Virus record (IMG/VR): IMGVR_UViG_2865833183_000001
Coordinates: 19,743 to 83,742 of that record
Strand: one strand, 5' to 3'
From: a virus
Taxonomy: Duplodnaviria; Caudoviricetes
DNA: 64,000 nt
The position numbers and the translations under genes were made by a program. Positions 8,947 through 17,789 of this stretch are shown here, in pieces. The number at the start of each line of letters is the position of its first letter. Position 1 is the stretch's first letter. Under the pieces are notes generated by a model. That model saw only the letters and a list, made by a program, of their open reading frames with translations, searched no databases and was not told the origin of the DNA.

Positions 8947-9079
8947 GAATCTTCCTCTCGGTGACGGCCCGCCCATCCTAGGAGGGGCCAGACGGGGATC
9001 ATGACGAGATCCGGGACGTGTCACACGACAGCCGGACGGTGGATCGAACCGTCCGGCCGTCAACGCACTTCAGAAAGCG

Positions 9080-9466
9080 TCAGGCAGCCCGCTCAAGCAC
9101 CGGACGTGCCAAATCCCGGTGCCACAGCTCGACCTCGAGGCCGCGGCGACGCAGCCGGCGGGCAAGGCAATGCGCCACTGTGGCGCTGCGGTGACGTCCC
9201 CCGACACAGCCCACCGCGACCGCGATCCGGTCACCAGACGGGCCCGCGGCGAACGCCTGAACCTGCCGGACAGTTGCCCGCAGCAGCGGACGGATCCCAG
9301 CCGTGCCCAGCACCGACCGCCGCACCGCACCATCCTCAGCAGTCATGTACCGCAGCGCCGGATTCACGTGCGGATCCCGAAAATGCTGCCGCAGGTCGAG
9401 AATCACGTGCGCCTCCGGAGGCGCAGCATGACCGTAGTCGAATGAGACGATCTCGACCGTCGTCAT
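9080..9466 (-). CDS. Standalone RapZ C-terminal-domain protein
   Basis: IVSFDYGH...DLRQHFRDPH...IAVAVGCVGGRHRS...HRD motifs; no P-loop domain. Confidence 0.8.
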   Translation of the reverse strand: MTTVEIVSFDYGHAAPPEAHVILDLRQHFRDPHVNPALRYMTAEDGAVRRSVLGTAGIRPLLRATVRQVQAFAAGPSGDRIAVAVGCVGGRHRSATVAHCLARRLRRRGLEVELWHRDLARPVLERAA

Positions 9467-9882
9467 GCCCGCGCACCGCCCAGCTTGCCGACCTCGCACC
9501 GGATCCGCTCCGCATGCGCCACCAACTGATCCGCGAACGCCAGAGCAGCCGGCTCGGCGTACTGGTTGCACTCACCCGAGCCGTCCGCGTCCACCGACAG
9601 GTACGGCTCACTCTCCCGGGCGAACGGCCACTGCACCACCTGCGCCGCCAGCACCTTCTCCACGCTGCCGTCGAACTGGCGCACCGGAAGCGTCACCGCC
9701 TCTCCGGCATGCGACAGGTCCTCCAGGAACGCCAGATCCTGCGCCGAGTGGTCCACCACACACCACGACGGGCACGGAACGGCGATCCGCTGACCACGCA
9801 CCACCGCCGCGACCAGACGCGGGGACGCGGGGGGAGTGGGCGCCGAGGTCTGCTGGGGGGTGGCAGGGGTTGATACGCTCAC
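9463..9882 (-). CDS. DUF6907-like protein
   Basis: CPSWCVVDH...H motif; coupled to RapZ-C gene. Confidence 0.65.
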   Translation of the reverse strand: MSVSTPATPQQTSAPTPPASPRLVAAVVRGQRIAVPCPSWCVVDHSAQDLAFLEDLSHAGEAVTLPVRQFDGSVEKVLAAQVVQWPFARESEPYLSVDADGSGECNQYAEPAALAFADQLVAHAERIRCEVGKLGGARA

Positions 9883-10623
9883 GTTGAGCCTTCTCTCTGC
9901 TAGGAGCGGGTTTCTTGACCAGCGGGCTCCACCCCGCTGGTCCACTTCGACGGCCGGGGCCTCCACGCCCCGGCCGTTGTGCTGACAGCCACGCCACCAG
10001 GGACTCCACTCCCCGGGCGGCGGACTTGTGCGCCGAACTCGGCGACGATCAGGACGCTAGCCGAAGTGCGACGAGCGTCAACGTCTTGTCGCACGCATCC
10101 GGCTGACCTGCAGTCAATTGACCAACCAGTACAGTTCTGGCTCTAGGGTTTGGGGAGTACCCGTGGCTCTGCTGAACCACCCGACTGGTGGGCGAGCTGC
10201 TCACGTGGAATGCCCCCTGCAATTAATTGGTCAATCGACAGACACGACGCGAACCACCGACATAATGTCGCAATCCACTCACATGCCCTCCCTTGGTGCG
10301 CGATCCGAGTTTGGCGAGATCTGAACGGTGATGCAGTTGCGCGGCTCGGACCGCCGACCGGATGTCGGCGACAGCCGGCCGTTGTGCTACTGGACGCAGC
10401 CCGGTTGACGCTAGGCGATGTTCCGGCCAAGGACTTCCAGCCCAGTGCAGATCCGGAAGCTGATTGATCACCCGCTGACCTGTGCAGAGTCCGAGTTGCC
10501 TGACTCGGTAGGATCTGGCGCGCTCCCTTCGCACGCGCGGCAGTCGCGACCGCGGGTGCGAATCGGCTGGAATTCGGCAGCCGAGTGGCCGCCACTGCCA
10601 AGCCGAGGAAGACGCGGTGGAGG

Positions 10624-11265
10624 TCAGCAGACTGACATGAGCGGGTCGTGGAGCCACATGGTGCGGACAGCTGGACGCGGCGTGCGAGGCCGAACCGTGC
10701 TCCCCTCCTGTGGTGGGGGAACAATGAGCGAATTCCTGCGGGAGTGGGGATGGGCCACGAAAAGCCCGTGCCCGGCCCGGAAGGTCAGCAGCCCCTCGTG
10801 CCGGAGCTGACCTACCGCCTTGGCGGCGATCGACTTGCTGGTTCCGGACGCCTTGGCGAGCGTGTTGAGGAACGGGATGAGCTGGCCAGGCAGCCACCGC
10901 TTGGTCTCGATCTCGTCGCGTATGAGGGCGGCTAGGCGGTTGCTCTTGTTGTCCTGCTCGGCCAGTGATGGCCAGCGGGAGGGGGCGAAGGCAACCCGGT
11001 CCTGGTTGTGTGCCTTGTTGAACCTGGGTCTCTCGACCTGGATGGCCTGCTTCTCCGCCTCTGCCGCCTCGGGCCGGCTGTCGAACCACTCCAGGGTGCG
11101 ACTTTTGACCATCGGAACCCACTTCTGGTGGGTGTCGCGGTGGGCCTTCAAGCGCCCGTCGGGGTCTCGGCTGATGCCGATGTACAGCAGGCCGCCGTCG
11201 GTGTCGAAGTAACGGTAGAGCGCGGTGCGCTCGGGGGGCGATGTCGAACTTTGGGCAGGGCTCAT
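10624..11265 (-). CDS. GIY-YIG nuclease domain fused to GntR-type winged HTH
   Basis: ALYRYFD...LLYIGIS...R...H...E...PRFN, then LIRDEI...PGQLIP...EGLLTFRAGHGLFV. Confidence 0.7.
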   Translation of the reverse strand: MSPAQSSTSPPERTALYRYFDTDGGLLYIGISRDPDGRLKAHRDTHQKWVPMVKSRTLEWFDSRPEAAEAEKQAIQVERPRFNKAHNQDRVAFAPSRWPSLAEQDNKSNRLAALIRDEIETKRWLPGQLIPFLNTLAKASGTSKSIAAKAVGQLRHEGLLTFRAGHGLFVAHPHSRRNSLIVPPPQEGSTVRPRTPRPAVRTMWLHDPLMSVC

Positions 11266-11362
11266 GGCGTCCCTTCGCTGTACCAGGTGGCCTGCGCCAC
11301 GGTCACGAGACGACCGTAAGGCGTAATCGCATTTGTAGCAAGGCTTCGCTGCCGGTACAACA

Positions 11363-11389
11363 AAGCCCCCGCCAACTATGGCGGGGGCG
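11363..11389. terminator. Hairpin terminator after GntR gene
   Basis: GCCCCCGCCA-ACTA-TGGCGGGGGC; T-run on minus strand. Confidence 0.55.
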
Positions 11390-11402
11390 CTGGGGAGTTA
11401 GG

Positions 11403-12164
11403 TCAGGAAACCGGCAGGTGGTAGCCCATCTTATACAGGTGGCCCGGCTTCACCATGACGGTTACCTCGATCGGGCGTTCGTCGTCGCTGTAGACGATGC
11501 GGAACACCTCGATCACGGGAACATCGCCCGGGATCTCCAGGAGCTCGTATTCCTCCGTCGTCGCGACGCGGGCCGCTACCTCCTCGATCTGGCCGCGCGT
11601 TGGGTACCCCATGCTGGCAAGCAAGGTCGGAGACCCACCAGGAATCTTCCTCCGGTCGGCAAGCCGCGTGCCGAGTGCTAGGTCGGCTGGATAGTACGAG
11701 TAGGTCAGTTCGGCCGGCTCATCGTCCAGGAGGCCGAGACGCACCCGCAGCACAGCCGTTCCGCCTTCCTCGATACCCAAGGCCTTCGCGACCCGCTTCG
11801 GTGTCCTTATTTCGGCGACTTGCAGGATCTTGTTGCTGCCGCGCTGGTTCCTTCGGTTGGCCTCCGTCACCCACCGGTACGGCTGCCCGTCCTCCGAAGG
11901 GGCCATGTAGGCGGCCGGGGTGATGGTCTGAGGTGCACGGTCGCGAACGTAGACGCCCTTCCCTGATCGGCCTTCCAGGAGCTTCTCGTTCTTGAGGATG
12001 GTCAGGGCGCGCTGCACGGTCACGTTCGACGTGTCGTGCTCCTCCATTAGCTCCGAGGTGGTGGGGAGCTTCTTGCCGGGCTCCCACTCGCCGGACATGA
12101 TCAGGTACCTGATGTTGGCGGCGATTCTCTCGGCCACTGGCCGCTTGTCCTCGTGCTTGGCCAT
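11403..12164 (-). CDS. GntR (HutC subfamily) repressor, KorSA-like
   Basis: N-terminal wHTH (PGKKLPTTSEL...GRSGKGVYV) plus C-terminal UTRA domain. Confidence 0.88.
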   Translation of the reverse strand: MAKHEDKRPVAERIAANIRYLIMSGEWEPGKKLPTTSELMEEHDTSNVTVQRALTILKNEKLLEGRSGKGVYVRDRAPQTITPAAYMAPSEDGQPYRWVTEANRRNQRGSNKILQVAEIRTPKRVAKALGIEEGGTAVLRVRLGLLDDEPAELTYSYYPADLALGTRLADRRKIPGGSPTLLASMGYPTRGQIEEVAARVATTEEYELLEIPGDVPVIEVFRIVYSDDERPIEVTVMVKPGHLYKMGYHLPVS

Positions 12165-12165
12165 G

Positions 12166-12693
12166 TCAGTCGATCTCCATTTCGTATCGGAGGCGACGAG
12201 GGCCCTTCATGACCATCAGTGAAGCCTCAATGGGTTCGTTTTTGTGAGACAGGCTCACTCGCAGAAGGGTGAGTACCGGGGCCCCGTCTGCGAGGGCGAG
12301 AGCCTCGGACTCCTCCGCGGTGGCAGTGCGCGCTTCGACGTCCTCGATCACCCGGTGTGTGTGGTGCCCGAGGTTGGCGAGCAAGGTAGGTGCGCCTCCT
12401 CGGATCTTGCCGGGTCTCGCTAGAGCTGTTCCAAGCGCTATGCGCTGTGGGTAGTACGAGTCCGTCAACTCGACCGGTTGGTCGTCTACGAGCATGACTC
12501 GGCGACGAACAACAGCCTGCTCGTCGGGGGGCAGCCCGAGAGCTGCGGCGACTTCCGGTGGCGGTTTCCTCGTAGCTACCTCCATCAGGTGCTGGCTTCC
12601 CCTGCTGCCTGCCTCTTGCGTCCATGCGTCGGTGTCGCCGGGGGCACGTGGCGACACGTATGGCGCTGAGGTGCTCGTCCACTTCTCACTCAT
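12166..12693 (-). CDS. Standalone UTRA-domain protein
   Basis: VVRRRVMLVDDQPVELTDSYYP...VIEDVEARTAT; paralogous to adjacent GntR C-terminus; no HTH. Confidence 0.85.
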   Translation of the reverse strand: MSEKWTSTSAPYVSPRAPGDTDAWTQEAGSRGSQHLMEVATRKPPPEVAAALGLPPDEQAVVRRRVMLVDDQPVELTDSYYPQRIALGTALARPGKIRGGAPTLLANLGHHTHRVIEDVEARTATAEESEALALADGAPVLTLLRVSLSHKNEPIEASLMVMKGPRRLRYEMEID

Positions 12694-12867
12694 CCGGCAT
12701 CTCCTGGTCGCTGTAACGCTCTGACCTCCACCTTAAGTGCTTGATGCATATGCGTCGGCTCTCGGCAGTGGACTCAGGTGGACTTGCATGCCTCGTAGTG
12801 CTTGCCAGCTTGCCGAATAACCTTTTATGGTTGTGCACAGACGCGAAGCCTGCGATTGGAGCCGTTC
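12694..12867. promoter_or_regulatory. Divergent control region (genetic switch)
   Basis: AT-richer gap between divergent repressor and xis-like genes; repeated CTTGC/CTTGA words. Confidence 0.5.
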
Positions 12868-13104
12868 ATGCTGCGTGTAAAGGAGGTCGCTGCCCGCCTG
12901 CGAGTCCACCCCGCGACCGTGTACCGCTGGATCAACGAGGGCCGCATCCCGGCCACCCGCTACGGGCAGCCGGTCGTACCCGGGGCCGCCAAGCGGGGCG
13001 GTGGTGCGATCCGAGTCCCTGAGGCCGCCCTCGTGGGCTTCTCCTCATCCTCTTCTGGTACGGCGGCCTTCACCGCCGTGCCCCCCGCCGCAGAGGCGGC
13101 CTGA
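12868..13104 (+). CDS. Excisionase-type (MerR-like) HTH protein
   Basis: MLRVKEVAARLRVHPATVYRWINEGRIPA...IRVP. Confidence 0.8.
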   Translation: MLRVKEVAARLRVHPATVYRWINEGRIPATRYGQPVVPGAAKRGGGAIRVPEAALVGFSSSSSGTAAFTAVPPAAEAA

Positions 13105-13187
13105 CGCACAAAACCCCGGCCCGGCGCGCCAACGCCGTGTGGACCGGGGCTGACCACCCGAAGCCTGCTGAGCAACTGGAGATCACC

Positions 13188-13496
13188 GTGAATCGTAGTA
13201 CGACTCTCGCCCCGCTCCCTACCGCGACCGTTCTCTTCGACGGCGACGCGGCGTCCGATTCGCCGAGGGTCGCCCGGCTGCGTGCCCTGACCCTCGTCCC
13301 CGATCTGGACGCGGAGGACCGGGCCCGTGCCGACATCGTCACCACCTACGTGACGGCCCGTGCCCGGGGTGACGTCGACGCGATGGCGACCGCCTACCTG
13401 GAGGCGGCGGCGATGGACGAGGCCCGCCCGGGTGAGCCGTCGCTGATCGCCGAGCTGGACGCGGCCGGCGTCGGTGACCTGGCGGAGGTGGCGTGA
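13188..13496 (+). CDS. Hypothetical protein
   Basis: GGAG RBS + GTG; first of a chain of coupled ORFs. Confidence 0.6.
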   Translation: MNRSTTLAPLPTATVLFDGDAASDSPRVARLRALTLVPDLDAEDRARADIVTTYVTARARGDVDAMATAYLEAAAMDEARPGEPSLIAELDAAGVGDLAEVA

Positions 13497-13663
13497 TGAC
13501 CGTCGCCGAAATGGTGCGTGAGCTGCCCGCCGGGGACTCCCGGTCGCTGCCGACGCTGGACGGGATCGCCGAGAGCCTGCGCCGTCAGGGCGAGGATGTC
13601 GAGGTCGTGTACTCCCCGCGCGGCGACGTGTTCCGCATCGTGCCCCGAGAGCGGGTGGCGTGA
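13496..13663 (+). CDS. Small hypothetical protein (55 aa, not in ORF track)
   Basis: TGATG coupling at both ends. Confidence 0.6.
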   Translation: MTVAEMVRELPAGDSRSLPTLDGIAESLRRQGEDVEVVYSPRGDVFRIVPRERVA

Positions 13664-13968
13664 TGGCTGCCGGGACGCTTGCCGATCAGCGGAAGGCGAC
13701 CGAGGCGGCTGCGACGATCGCCCGCGTGTTCGGCCACCTGCCGCCCGCCACGTTCCAGGTGTCGAGCATCACGCCGGGCCAGCTCGACATCAGCCTCCAC
13801 GACAGCCTCGCCGACTTCGAGGCCTGGCGTGTGGCGCTCGGGATGCTCCCCGAGTGGGTCGACAAGCGAACCCAGCCCAGTGCCATGAGCCTGACCGCGA
13901 GGGGCCGGTTTGCCGGTGTCGAGGTGGCGCTGATCGGCTACGCGCCGCTGTTGAAGGCGGTGGCGTGA
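13663..13968 (+). CDS. Hypothetical protein
   Basis: TGATG coupling. Confidence 0.6.
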   Translation: MAAGTLADQRKATEAAATIARVFGHLPPATFQVSSITPGQLDISLHDSLADFEAWRVALGMLPEWVDKRTQPSAMSLTARGRFAGVEVALIGYAPLLKAVA

Positions 13969-14429
13969 TGGCTGGCGGGCTGGCCTGGCGCCACGCCGGA
14001 ACCGTTGCGACCAGTGACCCGCGGTTTGCCCGCGTTCTGGAGCTGGCCACGAAGCAGCCTCACCTGTGGGTCGGTCCGTCCGGTGAGCGGGTGACCGGGG
14101 CCGAGGTCGGCAGCCATCTGGGTGCGGCGTTCATGCTGATGGAGCGCGACGGTTGGATCTCCGTCCGCCGGTCGAGTGGGCCTGTCGAGTTGGGGCACAC
14201 CCTCTCCGGGGCTCTGTGGCTGGTGCGCACCGATGGGCCGGGGGATGCGGATTCGTGGGCGGTGTCCCGTCGCTGCCTGAATCTGATTCTGGAGGCTCGT
14301 TCGGAGTCGGGGAGCGCGGATTTCGAGGCGTGGTCGGAGAAGCGGGGTCGCCGGTTCGGCGAGGTGCGGGACCTGCTGCTGATCACGGGGGAGTTTGCTC
14401 GCCTGTACGGGCCGGAGGCTGTCCGGTGA
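13968..14429 (+). CDS. DUF6197-like protein
   Basis: MERDGW...LSGAL...AWSEKRGRRFGEVRDLL. Confidence 0.55.
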   Translation: MAGGLAWRHAGTVATSDPRFARVLELATKQPHLWVGPSGERVTGAEVGSHLGAAFMLMERDGWISVRRSSGPVELGHTLSGALWLVRTDGPGDADSWAVSRRCLNLILEARSESGSADFEAWSEKRGRRFGEVRDLLLITGEFARLYGPEAVR

Positions 14430-14581
14430 CCGCTGTGGGCCGTGATCCGGAGCCGCGCACGCCGGAGGAGGCGGAGGCCCGGAGGAAGCGGGTCGCGAAG
14501 CTCCACCAGCAGGCTGCCGCCGACTACCGGACCGGGTTCGGCCGGCCGAAGCCCGCGTCGAAGAAGGCGCTCGCCGCCTGA
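14426..14581 (+). CDS. Small basic hypothetical protein
   Basis: GTGA overlap, GGAGG RBS. Confidence 0.5.
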   Translation: MTAVGRDPEPRTPEEAEARRKRVAKLHQQAAADYRTGFGRPKPASKKALAA

Positions 14582-14746
14582 CCCCCTGATCGTCGTGCCC
14601 GCGGGATTCCGACCCCCCGCGGCCCCGCGGGCACGGCTCCCCACCGACTGGCCCGGTTGTTCCCGGGACTCTCCAGCTTCGGCTGGCGGGTGCCGAGCAC
14701 GACCAGACCGCCCAGAGCCCACTCGAACTACTGGAAGGACATCGGC

Positions 14747-14929
14747 ATGGAGCCCACTGACTGGACCATCGACCTCGTCAACGGTGAAGCCGTCAAGCGC
14801 AGCGACTTCGTCGGCGCTGATGTTCAGCTTCACGTCCTCGACTACGGCGTGATGGTGCGGACCCTCTACCCGACCCGCGAGACCACGTACCCCTGGCACA
14901 CGATCGTCAAGCTCAGCACCAAGGGCTGA
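14747..14929 (+). CDS. Small hypothetical protein
   Basis: AAGGA RBS. Confidence 0.55.
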   Translation: MEPTDWTIDLVNGEAVKRSDFVGADVQLHVLDYGVMVRTLYPTRETTYPWHTIVKLSTKG

Positions 14930-14931
14930 CC

Positions 14932-15144
14932 GTGCTCCTCGTCTTCTGCTCCGTCGGCATCGTCGCCTGCCTCGCCTGCATGTACCTCATCCAGCGGCTC
15001 CACCTGGCCCACCGCACGACCGTTTTCACCTGCCCGGTCAAGGACTGCGGCGTCTCGATCGTGGCTCGCGGCAGCAGCGAGGCGGAGCTGGGCCGGCTCC
15101 GCGATCTGGCCGGCGACCACAGCAAGCACGGGCCTCGCGCCTGA
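14932..15144 (+). CDS. Small membrane protein
   Basis: N-terminal hydrophobic helix, CPVKDC...H motif. Confidence 0.5.
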   Translation: MLLVFCSVGIVACLACMYLIQRLHLAHRTTVFTCPVKDCGVSIVARGSSEAELGRLRDLAGDHSKHGPRA

Positions 15145-15175
15145 CCGCCCTTACTCAATCGACGAAAGGACTGAC

Positions 15176-15400
15176 ATGTCTCTCTGTTCCGCGGCAGCCG
15201 CCGACGATACCGCCCCGTGCAAGGGCTCCCGGACTGCCGTGATCGTGGGCCTGGCCGACGACCCGGGGTCGCAGGTGACCGGCTGCGAGTTCCATGCGGC
15301 TCGCCGGCTGGCGTTCTGGCGGGACGGCTACGTGATGTCCCGCGACGCTGCGGTCCGGCGCCGGGTGCTGGACGCCGCCGAGCGGCTCCGCGCCGCCTGA
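15176..15400 (+). CDS. Small hypothetical protein
   Basis: AAAGGA RBS; CxxH motif. Confidence 0.55.
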   Translation: MSLCSAAAADDTAPCKGSRTAVIVGLADDPGSQVTGCEFHAARRLAFWRDGYVMSRDAAVRRRVLDAAERLRAA

Positions 15401-15473
15401 CGGCTGCCCGATCCGCCCGTCTCGCACGGGTGGTGAGGGGAGCCGGGACAGGCCCGGACAGGAAGGAGCACCA

Positions 15474-15686
15474 GTGTTCGGCAAGCGGAGAGCGGAGAGC
15501 GACCCCGAGAACAGCCTCGACAAGGCTCTGCGGACCCACAGCCAGGCGACCCGGGAGCAGAGGACCGCAGAGGTCAACGATCGGCGCCGGCGGCAGGGCC
15601 TCACACCAATGCACTGCGGGGCCGAGGCGTCCTTGAACAAGTACGGCGACTGGGAGTGCACCCGCTGCGGGGACGTCTTCGCCTGA
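15474..15686 (+). CDS. Small zinc-ribbon protein
   Basis: HCG...WECTRCG; AAGGAG RBS. Confidence 0.6.
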   Translation: MFGKRRAESDPENSLDKALRTHSQATREQRTAEVNDRRRRQGLTPMHCGAEASLNKYGDWECTRCGDVFA

Positions 15687-15779
15687 CCGCCTGACCGCTG
15701 CCCGATCCGCCGGTCTCGTACCGGCGGTGAGGGGAGCCCGTCAGACAGACAGGCCGACTCGAATCGAAAGGGAACCTAC

Positions 15780-16055
15780 ATGGACGTACTGTACAAGCAC
15801 CTCATGCGCAGCCAGGTCGTCTTCAATGGGCAGGACATCCTGCGCTGCCCCAACTGCCGCCGAGACAAGGGCCTGACCATCTATGGCTACCTCGGCAAGA
15901 AGCCGCGTGTGACGTGCCCGTGTGGCCACGACTTCAAGGCGCCGGCACCGTTCGACCAGCCGTGGCTGCTGGAGCAGCTCAACAGCGCCGCTGCCCCCCG
16001 GCGCGAGACCCAGTGGTCTGTCGGGCCGTCCCCCCGCCCGAGTCAGTTCGACTGA
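15780..16055 (+). CDS. Small zinc-ribbon protein
   Basis: CPNC...CPCGH. Confidence 0.6.
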   Translation: MDVLYKHLMRSQVVFNGQDILRCPNCRRDKGLTIYGYLGKKPRVTCPCGHDFKAPAPFDQPWLLEQLNSAAAPRRETQWSVGPSPRPSQFD

Positions 16056-16153
16056 CCTGCGCCTGACGGCAGCCCATCCCGCCCGACCTTGCACTCCGGG
16101 CGGTGGTGGAGAGCCCGTCAGACACCCCACCACCCATCGACCTGGAGTACCTC

Positions 16154-16348
16154 ATGCCCCGGTTCAGTCCCAAGGCCCGGCATCATGCCGACCAGGCCGT
16201 GGCCGCGATCGACGCTGGCGACCACGACGGCGCCATCGCCCACATGCGGGAGATCGTCGAGAACGGCACCCACGACGACCGGCGAGCCTTTACCGACGTT
16301 GTGTTCGACGCCGCCCGCCTGCTGAAGAACGCGGACGGTGCGCCGTGA
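16154..16348 (+). CDS. Small hypothetical protein
   Basis: GGAG RBS before ATG. Confidence 0.55.
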   Translation: MPRFSPKARHHADQAVAAIDAGDHDGAIAHMREIVENGTHDDRRAFTDVVFDAARLLKNADGAP

Positions 16349-16563
16349 TCGTGTTCCTCGCGGGGCTCGCCCGTCTCCGGATCGCCCTGATGATCGCCGG
16401 ACTGAGCTGGCTGTTCGGCATCGTCCCGCCCGTGGGGATGCGGATCCTGCTCGGCGTCCTCGTGCTCGCCGCTCTCGTCCTCGACGGGCTGATCGACGAG
16501 GACAAGATCAGCCGCCACTACGTGCGCACCAAGACCCCCGACGAGTACAAGACCACCGCCTAA
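16345..16563 (+). CDS. Small two-TM membrane protein
   Basis: GTGA overlap; hydrophobic segments. Confidence 0.6.
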   Translation: MIVFLAGLARLRIALMIAGLSWLFGIVPPVGMRILLGVLVLAALVLDGLIDEDKISRHYVRTKTPDEYKTTA

Positions 16564-16601
16564 CCACCCCCCCCGACACCCCCACAGAAAGGACCAGCCC
16601 G

Positions 16602-17774
16602 ATGAGCAGCTGGAGCGAGGAGCGCAGGCGCAATCTGGCTGCCGAAGCCGAGCAGCGCCGGAAGAACGAGGACGCCGCCGCCGAACGCCGCCGCAAGGAC
16701 AAGGCGGCCGAGGACAAGCGCCGCCGCGAAGAGCGCCGGGCCAACCGCGAAGAGCAGCGCGCCGAGAAGGCGCAGCAGCGGCGCGACCGTGCCGCCCGAC
16801 GACAAGCCCGCGCCGCCCGCCGGGAGAAGACCCTCACCCCCGGCAACGTGTACCGCAAGGGCACCCTCGCCCTCGTGCTCGCCTCCGCCGCGGCATCACT
16901 GCCCGCGCAGGTCATGCACTTCGTCGGGATCAGCATCATGCTGCTGCCGATCCCCTTCGCCCTCGAAGGCGCCGCCTGGGTGATGAACGCCGGTGTCGCC
17001 TACGCCGACGACCGGAAGCTGCCCGGCTGGGTGCGGTGGCTGATGCGCGGTCTTGCGATGTCCGCCGCCGGATACGCCGCCAACATCAACCTGAAGTACG
17101 GTCTCAGTCTCGAAGGCCACGGACTCGACCCAGCGGACGCCGCCGCCGTCGGCTGGGGCCTCGCCGCGGTCACGATGCTTGGCCCACTGTTCTTCGAAGT
17201 CCGCCAGTGGGTCCTCACTCTCACCGCCGCCGTCACCGATCCGAAGAAGCGGGCCGAGGAGAAGGCGCGCGCCAAGCATGAGCGGCAGCGGTACAGCGAC
17301 CACAAGGACGTCGTGAAGCTGGCCCGGAAGCTGGTGTCCGCCGCACCCTACGGCGCGCTCGCGTTCGAGGACGCGTTCGCCTCCGCCTGGGAGATCAAGT
17401 ACGGCACGAAGACGCCCGGCATGACCCCGGCCCTGCACGGAGAGAAGCTCGCCTCCAGCAAGGCCCTCGTCGACGCCATGGATGCCGCGAACGGCTCCCC
17501 GGTGAGCACGCGAGGCAGGCTCCTGGAACTGCTCCACCCGGCCCCTGTGAGCCGCTTCCTGAAGCCTGGATCTTCGCAGGTGGCGTCCCAAATCCCCCCG
17601 GGTTCTGAGCGGCCCTCTGGCGGGCCGCAGAAGGCGCCGAAGAAGCGGTCTGGCCAGAAGCCTGTTCCCCCGGTTCGCCGCAAGGGTGACACCGCTCCTT
17701 ACCACCCGGCCGCACGGGTTGCCGCGGCCGACACCGCCCGCAAGCACCTTGTCGTCAACGGCTACCACCACTGA
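16602..17774 (+). CDS. Spd-like (DUF2637/SpdB-type) spreading membrane protein
   Basis: Charged coiled-coil N-terminus, four TM helices, immediately upstream of TraB-like ATPase. Confidence 0.65.
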   Translation: MSSWSEERRRNLAAEAEQRRKNEDAAAERRRKDKAAEDKRRREERRANREEQRAEKAQQRRDRAARRQARAARREKTLTPGNVYRKGTLALVLASAAASLPAQVMHFVGISIMLLPIPFALEGAAWVMNAGVAYADDRKLPGWVRWLMRGLAMSAAGYAANINLKYGLSLEGHGLDPADAAAVGWGLAAVTMLGPLFFEVRQWVLTLTAAVTDPKKRAEEKARAKHERQRYSDHKDVVKLARKLVSAAPYGALAFEDAFASAWEIKYGTKTPGMTPALHGEKLASSKALVDAMDAANGSPVSTRGRLLELLHPAPVSRFLKPGSSQVASQIPPGSERPSGGPQKAPKKRSGQKPVPPVRRKGDTAPYHPAARVAAADTARKHLVVNGYHH

Positions 17775-17789
17775 TCGGGAGACGCCGCC

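Larger units (their letters stand above)
15397..16121 (+). repeat. Three copies of a ~55-nt structured intergenic motif (15397-15451, 15691-15744, 16063-16121)
   Basis: CTGAC-[G/C]GC[T/A]GCCC(G)ATCC(C)GCC...GG[C/T]GGTG...GAGCC...CAG with covarying inner stem. Confidence 0.75.

Noticed and set aside
9990-10620. Several overlapping ORFs in a lower-GC gap
   Set aside because: No convincing RBS, codon bias or motifs; left unannotated
16567-16574. Poly-C tract as a phase-variation switch
   Set aside because: Intergenic, in a C-rich spacer, not within a recognisable promoter
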